Below are positions 58,145-64,000 of a DNA stretch of 64,000 nt, piece by piece (position 1 is the first letter of the stretch; each line of letters begins with the position of its first letter). Made by a program: the position numbers and the translations under genes. A model generated the notes under the pieces. That model was not told the origin of the DNA and did not search any database. It saw only the letters and a list, made by a program, of their open reading frames with translations. Where the stretch lies: the sequence record NC_016571.1; one strand, written 5' to 3'.

Positions 58145-60271
58145 ATGCTTAAGAATATCGAATTTAAATCCTACATCATGAGGACTATATCCTTCGCAAG
58201 AACGATCGTCATCAAGTGTGAGGATATCGCCTTTCTTGACAACAGGTTGATGGAACAACATTACGGCATTGTGCCTGGTAAAGATAAAACACAATGGCGT
58301 TATTACCTTAACCTGAATGGCGACTACCACGTCACCGATGATAAAATGCAAGTTCAGTCTCTGGATAATGGCGATACGATTGAGTTCACCAAAGCCAACT
58401 TAGATTTGCACTTAGCAACTAAGCGAGCTTATAGACAGGGATCCTACTACTACACACGACTTGTCGAAAAATACCCTCATCAGTCAAATCTTATTAATGG
58501 AATCATAAACCCAATTCCACCATCGGAAAGTATCCCGGCAAAGAATTACCAAATTCTCCGTTATAACACCGATTATGTAATGTGGAATGAGTACCAGTTG
58601 ATCAATGCTCTACAAGATCATATCGACACAATGGTACAAGGTTCATTCAAGACAGAGTATTTGTATACTGATAACTTAATGTTGCCAATCATGCTGGCAA
58701 ACCTTCATGGTTCATTAGTTTCAGCTATCCTAATGATTCGTAAAGAAGCAGACGGTACCCGTTATGCTCATGACTTCTATATCTGGAGTCGCTTATCTTC
58801 ATTAGGTCTGTCTACCATTTATAAGAACGTGTTGAACCAGAAACAAACGATGTGGTTATACCGCAACCTTGAATATGTTCTCCGTAAACAAGGTCGTCGT
58901 AAAACGTTTGATGAACTGGTCGATATCGTATTGACCGAACGTCGTATTCCTATCTCCCGTTACGAAGCAATTCAAACAACGGAAGATATGCTGGAAACCT
59001 TCAAACCGAAACCGATGTTCTTAAGCCGCCCTGTTAACCTTCAACAGGAGTTCGGTCTTGATACTCGTATCTGGACTGTTCCGGAAGTTATTCGTAAAGA
59101 GCGACCATTGGCGCTTGATAACGAAGACGAAGAAGAACAAGGTATCTACGAAGCTGACTACAACATCAAGTACGGGCTTCATTCAGATATCCCTTCTAAG
59201 GTATTAGAGTCTAACATGACCGATACCACAGACAGGAACCCAGACAGGATTATGCGAGTATTGCATAACCACTGGATCTATCTTACGTCTAAGGGACTTT
59301 ATAACATCAACGTTGATGTTACTGATATTCGTACGGGTAAACACTTCCGTGTTACGACACAGGAGTCAATCATACTCTGGCATTATCTTATCAACCGTTC
59401 ACGTGGTGTTACTACGTGTACTGATATTCCTGAGTATCCGTATTACCATGTCAGAAAGATTACCCCTCCGACATTCCAGGAGTTACGGGAATTAGGGCAT
59501 AAGGATATCTTAACTGAAGAAGTCTGTAAGGACATCCTGCTTAACAGAGTTGACTTCCCTACATTAATATCTCCTGATGGTTTCTTTACCAAGTGTAAAG
59601 AGGTCCAGGACCGGATGTGGGACCATAAGAAACTCTATTCGTACATTCTTAACCTCTTCCATTCTAGTCGTCGTCAGAACGCTGTGGAGGCTTGCTATGA
59701 GACTGGTGTTGCCAAGATTGGTAACTACAAGACTTATGACGAGTTCTTACTGAAACTTGATCTTGACTACTACGACTATACTCCTGATGAATGCCTTGAT
59801 TTAGCTTGGGCCATTTGGAGTAAGGTAACGGGTTGGGAGTTTAACGACCACTTGAGTATCGGCGCTCAACAGAGATTGCTGATTAACCTCATGAAAGACC
59901 TGACCAGTTATACTGTTCAGTACATCGGTTCTACTGAAACCTTAGAAGGTCAATTCAGTTTACCATACATGATGTTGCTGGATGGTGACTATTACTTTGA
60001 AGATGGCGAAACTGCACTTGAGAGTCTCGACAATAAACTTCAGATCCCTGGTCACGTTAAAGGCATCCCAGAGATGTCGTTGGAAGCTAAGGAATTAACA
60101 GGTAGTCTACCTGGCGACAACTGGGGTCGTACTGATCCTGAGTCTATCGGTTGTGCCAAGATAGACTTACCTATGGTCCTTCGTCCTATTGAATTCCCTC
60201 CTGAACCGTCGGTGTATCGTATTATGAACTCCATGACGCTGAAGGAAGTTATTGATTATGGAACGCCTTAA
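58145..60271 (+). CDS. Virion structural / baseplate protein (phiKZ gp128-like)
   Basis: WRYYLNLNGDYH motif as recalled for this family; 708 aa. Confidence 0.55.
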   Translation: MLKNIEFKSYIMRTISFARTIVIKCEDIAFLDNRLMEQHYGIVPGKDKTQWRYYLNLNGDYHVTDDKMQVQSLDNGDTIEFTKANLDLHLATKRAYRQGSYYYTRLVEKYPHQSNLINGIINPIPPSESIPAKNYQILRYNTDYVMWNEYQLINALQDHIDTMVQGSFKTEYLYTDNLMLPIMLANLHGSLVSAILMIRKEADGTRYAHDFYIWSRLSSLGLSTIYKNVLNQKQTMWLYRNLEYVLRKQGRRKTFDELVDIVLTERRIPISRYEAIQTTEDMLETFKPKPMFLSRPVNLQQEFGLDTRIWTVPEVIRKERPLALDNEDEEEQGIYEADYNIKYGLHSDIPSKVLESNMTDTTDRNPDRIMRVLHNHWIYLTSKGLYNINVDVTDIRTGKHFRVTTQESIILWHYLINRSRGVTTCTDIPEYPYYHVRKITPPTFQELRELGHKDILTEEVCKDILLNRVDFPTLISPDGFFTKCKEVQDRMWDHKKLYSYILNLFHSSRRQNAVEACYETGVAKIGNYKTYDEFLLKLDLDYYDYTPDECLDLAWAIWSKVTGWEFNDHLSIGAQQRLLINLMKDLTSYTVQYIGSTETLEGQFSLPYMMLLDGDYYFEDGETALESLDNKLQIPGHVKGIPEMSLEAKELTGSLPGDNWGRTDPESIGCAKIDLPMVLRPIEFPPEPSVYRIMNSMTLKEVIDYGTP

Positions 60272-60596
60272 GAAACAGTATTCAGATTCAGAACGTTTGG
60301 ATGTCTTAGTCAACAGGGAGGATGAACTCCTCCTTTTGTTGGATTCGAGACACGCTAAGTTTGAAAAGCAAAATCTTTCCTTTATTGATCAACACCATGT
60401 GAAGACTAACCTTAAAACTCTGAGACCTTCGGATGTTGTGAGACTTGTTCGTCATTTGGATGTGGAACTTTACTCCACCGATATTGGATCTATCAATCAA
60501 GTACCTGGCGGATATCAAATAAGTATCCGTCCCGATTGTTTGATTCATTATGGGACATTCAAAATTAAATACCGTGAATATAACGAGGATAGTTAA
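60252..60596 (+). CDS. Small putative virion protein
   Basis: C-terminal LDVEL...DI...ISI...CLIHYGTF pattern shared with 35348 and 37306. Confidence 0.55.
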   Translation: MIMERLKKQYSDSERLDVLVNREDELLLLLDSRHAKFEKQNLSFIDQHHVKTNLKTLRPSDVVRLVRHLDVELYSTDIGSINQVPGGYQISIRPDCLIHYGTFKIKYREYNEDS

Positions 60597-60599
60597 GAA

Positions 60600-61526
60600 A
60601 TGGCAGATAACGTAGACGCTGGGCGCGATTCCCAGAAACTCCCTAACCAGATCGTAACGCCGAACGGTATGGGTATTATTATCAACGCAGCCTGTGTTAC
60701 TCGACAGACGGTTGAAATTCCAAAGAACACCACTCTGAACGAACTGTACGACGTACTGGCTGATGAATCCCTGGGTCGCAAAGCTGGTAAAGATTTCCAG
60801 CTGGGTTACTACGGTATTGGTATCGGTGGTTCTCGTTGTATCGGTACAGATGCAAACGGTTTAGAAGGTCGCCGCGTTTACCAACACAAAGCAACTGACT
60901 ATAACGCATTCTACCCGATCCCGTTCATTGCTCGTAAGCTGGGCGAAGATATCGATCCCGTTCTTCGTGACAACTACCGTATGCGTGTTGTTAAGAAAGT
61001 CGGTGATGAGATGTATGTCTTCTATTACCTGAAACTGATTGACTTCACTGAATTCGACCCAACTCAAAAAGTGGGTGAACGTGATCCAGAGACAGGTAAC
61101 GAAACAGAACGTCCGTACATTCCTAAGAAGGAAGACCTGACGCCTAAGCCTTACGAACTGCAAGCTACAAACTCAGTACCAATTACCAACACCTATATTA
61201 ATGGTTCTGGTAAAATGACGCTGACTCTGAATGGCAATGACCTGGAAGAGATTCGTAACGTTTGCCGTATCCTGTTCAATGATAGCTCTAAAGCAGCAAT
61301 CAACGAAATGTACCTGGCTTATGGTATTGAAACCCGCAACGATGGCGACATCACTGGTGGCGGTACTGTTAACTATAAAGAACTGCAATCAGCTGTGGTT
61401 TCATACCTGATTACCGAAGCTTATGCTCGTGACGCTAACGCTAACAGCAAAATGCCTTGGGCGTTCTGGTACGGTAACTCATTGCCGCTGTTGGTTTCTC
61501 CTGAGACTCTGGCAGTAGCTGGCTAA
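60600..61526 (+). CDS. Virion structural protein (tail/baseplate associated)
   Basis: YYGIGIGG, FYPIPF and YYLK motifs as recalled for a conserved jumbo-phage virion protein; strong codon bias. Confidence 0.55.
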   Translation: MADNVDAGRDSQKLPNQIVTPNGMGIIINAACVTRQTVEIPKNTTLNELYDVLADESLGRKAGKDFQLGYYGIGIGGSRCIGTDANGLEGRRVYQHKATDYNAFYPIPFIARKLGEDIDPVLRDNYRMRVVKKVGDEMYVFYYLKLIDFTEFDPTQKVGERDPETGNETERPYIPKKEDLTPKPYELQATNSVPITNTYINGSGKMTLTLNGNDLEEIRNVCRILFNDSSKAAINEMYLAYGIETRNDGDITGGGTVNYKELQSAVVSYLITEAYARDANANSKMPWAFWYGNSLPLLVSPETLAVAG

Positions 61527-61544
61527 TAACAAAGGGGCTTTGAC

Positions 61545-62165
61545 GTGACAACCGTAACTGACAAGGTCCCTCCCGTTATCGTCGAGCTTTCAATAACTAA
61601 GTGGTCTTCATTCAAGGCCACTATCCCTTCCCTTATTGAGAGTCTTGGTATCGAGATTAAACCAGAAGACTATGAAGACCGTCTTGCCTTTATTGATACA
61701 GACGGTTCTTTGAAGATCACTGGCGTTAACCTCAGTACCGGTAATGTGGACTGGGTAATAAAGAACAAAGTAATAACCAATTCTTCTGAAGAATCCATTA
61801 TGCTGGATAATCCCAAAGACTTCCACTTCAAGGAAGTTATTGAGAATGTGTCCGCATTGGTAAATACCGAAGCTGAATTGAGTTTCATGAAGAACTTAAA
61901 GTTGGATGTCCGTGATGACTCTGGTCAGATTGGTAACTCAACCGCAAGACAACTCATGCAAGTATTAAACAACTACCGCATTGGGAATGGCTGGACTGCC
62001 AACCCTGGCGCTGGTTGCACAACCGCCTACTTCGTACCTCGTTACTACGGCCCTGGTGCAGATGCTCCAGATATTTATAACTTTAACCGTGATGCTCGTT
62101 TACTGGTCGTGGTGGAGTTACTGATGTATGGGGGATATAAAACCCATGCTCTAGTCGTGAGATAG
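61545..62165 (+). CDS. Putative virion structural protein
   Basis: 206 aa, GTG start, in operon. Confidence 0.55.
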   Translation: MTTVTDKVPPVIVELSITKWSSFKATIPSLIESLGIEIKPEDYEDRLAFIDTDGSLKITGVNLSTGNVDWVIKNKVITNSSEESIMLDNPKDFHFKEVIENVSALVNTEAELSFMKNLKLDVRDDSGQIGNSTARQLMQVLNNYRIGNGWTANPGAGCTTAYFVPRYYGPGADAPDIYNFNRDARLLVVVELLMYGGYKTHALVVR

Positions 62166-62169
62166 TATT

Positions 62170-62736
62170 ATGAGTGTACGCATATTAGGGATTGACCCAG
62201 GGATAAGTAACCTAGGTGCCGCAGGCTTTGAAGTCGACTGTTATGAGCGTAAGCCTTTCAAACTCATATATGCAGACACCCTTCAAGGCGATTACAATGA
62301 TTTCGGTATATCCAAGACTAACCCATTGCAGATTAAAGCATTGGGGTTGACTCGGGCATACGGCACGGTATTTGAGATCGTTGAACCTCATGCAGTTAGC
62401 TGTGAAGATAACTTCTTAGGTCCATCTCCCTCAAGTTTCAAACGACTCATTGAAATCGTTTCATTCATTCACCTGCATAATGCCAATACAGGAGATCGCG
62501 TTGGTTTTATACAAGTGCTCCCCCGGTTAGCTAAACAGATCGTTAATGCTGACTTCAGAGGGACGACCAAGGATGATGTCACCAAAGGGTTAAAAGCTTG
62601 TCCCTTCATTGATTTGAATGGGTTCGATCTCGACAAGTTAACAGAGCACGCCAACGATGCAATCCTCCTTGGCCTTTATAGCTGTGTTCAGTATTATAAA
62701 GAATTAGGATGGGATGTCTTTGATGGAAAGAATTAA
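62170..62736 (+). CDS. ruvC: RuvC-like Holliday junction resolvase
   Basis: ILGIDPG, CEDNF, K..V and HANDA catalytic pattern. Confidence 0.9.
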   Translation: MSVRILGIDPGISNLGAAGFEVDCYERKPFKLIYADTLQGDYNDFGISKTNPLQIKALGLTRAYGTVFEIVEPHAVSCEDNFLGPSPSSFKRLIEIVSFIHLHNANTGDRVGFIQVLPRLAKQIVNADFRGTTKDDVTKGLKACPFIDLNGFDLDKLTEHANDAILLGLYSCVQYYKELGWDVFDGKN

Positions 62737-63373
62737 AACTCTGACCGCTGAGACCCGTATACATCCGTGGGACAGAATCCCGATCGTGTTAAAAGCGATA
62801 TCGGGGTTCAACTCATGCTTGACTGTATCAGTCACCAGCGCAATCTTTATCTGGGGTATCCATCAGTCAGTTACTACTGGTGTTGGAACGTGGCCAGGAA
62901 TAGCCACCGCCCTGTTAATGATGATAGGTCCGATTATCATCGCATGGAACTTCGTAAACGCGAAATCCATTATAACTACAATTCTGACTCAAGATCCAGA
63001 TGGTGCTGAAGGGGACACTATCCCTAAGCAAGTTGTTGTACCCTCAGCTACTCCAATCATCACGGAGTCTGACATAGCAGTAGAACGTGAGATAGTTGGT
63101 CCTACTACAGTTATCCTACGCGCTATCGCTGGTGCATTCTCAACTCACATCATCTGCTTCTGTAGTCTGTTGTTTACTTGGACTATCCATGATGCCATGA
63201 TCAGCGGGAAACACCTTCCAAGCAACACTGAGCTGTTTATGGTTGTAGTTGGTCCGATTGTAACGTCATGGAACTTCGTACGCGCTAGCGCTACCCTGAG
63301 CACTGTAATGCAGGGTACGTCTGCTATATCGAAATGGCGTAACAAGTTATCTGGTTGGATAGCAACAAAATAA
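62714..63373 (+). CDS. Integral membrane protein with a tandem two-helix repeat (holin candidate)
   Basis: Two copies of [hydrophobic W.IH...TM...GPI..(A/S)WNFV]; basic C-terminus. Confidence 0.55.
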   Translation: MSLMERIKTLTAETRIHPWDRIPIVLKAISGFNSCLTVSVTSAIFIWGIHQSVTTGVGTWPGIATALLMMIGPIIIAWNFVNAKSIITTILTQDPDGAEGDTIPKQVVVPSATPIITESDIAVEREIVGPTTVILRAIAGAFSTHIICFCSLLFTWTIHDAMISGKHLPSNTELFMVVVGPIVTSWNFVRASATLSTVMQGTSAISKWRNKLSGWIATK

Positions 63374-63376
63374 ACA

Positions 63377-63420
63377 AACATATCCCTCTACCCCTCCGTA
63401 AGGAAGGGTAGAGGTTATGC
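63377..63420. terminator. Bidirectional hairpin (GTAA loop, C.A mismatch)
   Basis: AACATAT..CCTCTACCCCTCC-GTAA-GGAAGGGTAGAGG-TTATG. Confidence 0.8.
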
Positions 63421-63428
63421 ATGCACAA

Positions 63429-63881
63429 TTACTTTTTGATACTAATGCCTGGAGGTTTGTTATCCTGAAGATTATCAATAACAGAATTGATATTCCCAGT
63501 CATTCTATCCAAAGCTTGATTCAGTCCGTTGATTTGGTCATTGGCAGCATCCAGCTCCTTGGTAGTAGCAATCAACAAGAGTCTGGTTTCTAGGTAACAA
63601 CCTTTGAAATCATCCTGAGTTAAACAGAAGTTGTTACCAAGGTAGTAATCCAACTTACCTATGTTGCTTTCCCGGTACTTCCAGTCCTTACTATAAACGT
63701 TAGCAGGGACATCAGTGAGACTATTTTTTAGGCTGGCTAGCTGGGTTCGGTACAGGTCCAGTTTTGCTAGCTCGGTTTTCATCTCTACGTACGTCCCGCC
63801 CTCCGTTATCTTCGGTTGGCTGTTGCACGCGACGAGCATAAATGTCAGCAATAGTAAGATTAGAGTTTTTGTCATACCCAT
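63429..63881 (-). CDS. Lipoprotein, putative o-spanin (Rz1-like); start trimmed from the ORF-track 63989
   Basis: MGMTKTLILLLLTFMLVAC lipobox; +2 residue is Asn, not Asp (outer-membrane sorting); two further Cys; coiled-coil C-terminus. Confidence 0.65.
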   Translation of the reverse strand: MGMTKTLILLLLTFMLVACNSQPKITEGGTYVEMKTELAKLDLYRTQLASLKNSLTDVPANVYSKDWKYRESNIGKLDYYLGNNFCLTQDDFKGCYLETRLLLIATTKELDAANDQINGLNQALDRMTGNINSVIDNLQDNKPPGISIKK

Positions 63882-63999
63882 ACTTACCGTAAAGATCTTC
63901 ATAATCGGCTTCTCGTTTCTGTTGGTTCTGTTGAGTCGCGTTCTGTAAATTAGCAGCCCACTCTCGTTGATCCGCAGCAACCTTACCAATGTTCTCCGA
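63721..63999 (-). CDS. Putative i-spanin (Rz-like), C-terminal part; 5' end outside window; absent from the ORF track
   Basis: 92 open codons SENIGKVAADQREWAANLQNATQQNQQKRE...GPVPNPASQPKK*, overlapping the lipoprotein gene in another frame by about 160 nt. Confidence 0.55.
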   Translation of the reverse strand, partial: SENIGKVAADQREWAANLQNATQQNQQKREADYEDLYGKYGYDKNSNLTIADIYARRVQQPTEDNGGRDVRRDENRASKTGPVPNPASQPKK

Positions 64000-64000
64000 A

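Noticed and set aside
8521-63414. GTAG-containing hairpins as REP/REPIN elements
   Set aside because: In REPs, GTAG precedes the hairpin and elements cluster with a RAYT transposase. Here GTAG is inside the 3' arm, elements are single and follow stop codons, loops are often GNRA/UUCG, and no RAYT is in the window.
1-64000. tRNA genes, CRISPR arrays, DGR/retron, integrase or transposase
   Set aside because: No cloverleaf/T-loop pattern in the short intergenic gaps, no regularly spaced repeats, and no RT, recombinase or DDE transposase motifs in the ORFs (manual inspection; tRNAscan-SE/CRISPR finders would confirm).
1-64000. Alternative genetic code or stop-codon recoding
   Set aside because: Standard-code ORFs tile the window densely with intact conserved motifs.

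Overview
64 kb of the conserved core of a phiKZ/SPN3US-like jumbo myophage (nucleus-forming phage lineage). The host is Gram-negative and probably enterobacterial, judging from the lipobox/spanin pair and codon bias. Recognisable by motifs: three non-virion RNAP subunit genes (beta C-terminal part truncated at the window edge, beta' C-terminal part, beta N-terminal part), one virion RNAP beta' C-terminal subunit, an SF2 helicase, the exonuclease/motif-A half of a split family-B DNA polymerase, a DnaB helicase, RuvC and the major capsid protein. There is also a probable portal, baseplate/tail genes, a large family of protease-processed internal head proteins and an overlapping spanin pair at the right edge. 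Three small accessory islands (2.4-5.4, 15.6-16.8, 53.2-55.2 kb) sit between core genes. No tRNA, CRISPR array, integrase, RT or transposase was seen. The main signals not explained by gene annotation: (i) a family of intergenic hairpins with a conserved stem defect and TTATG tails, including an exact 32-bp inverted pair 5.9 kb apart; (ii) an ATATTA-N6-TGTA promoter-like motif; (iii) loop-less palindromes in gene leaders; (iv) a G-x-E cleavage site plus amphipathic helix module shared by at least 7 head proteins; (v) a head-cluster protein with M48-like metalloprotease motifs; (vi) a papain-fold accessory protein; (vii) a DNA-mimic-like acidic peptide; (viii) an i-spanin ORF missed by the ORF track. 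All phiKZ/SPN3US orthology statements come from recalled gene order and motifs, not from database searches.
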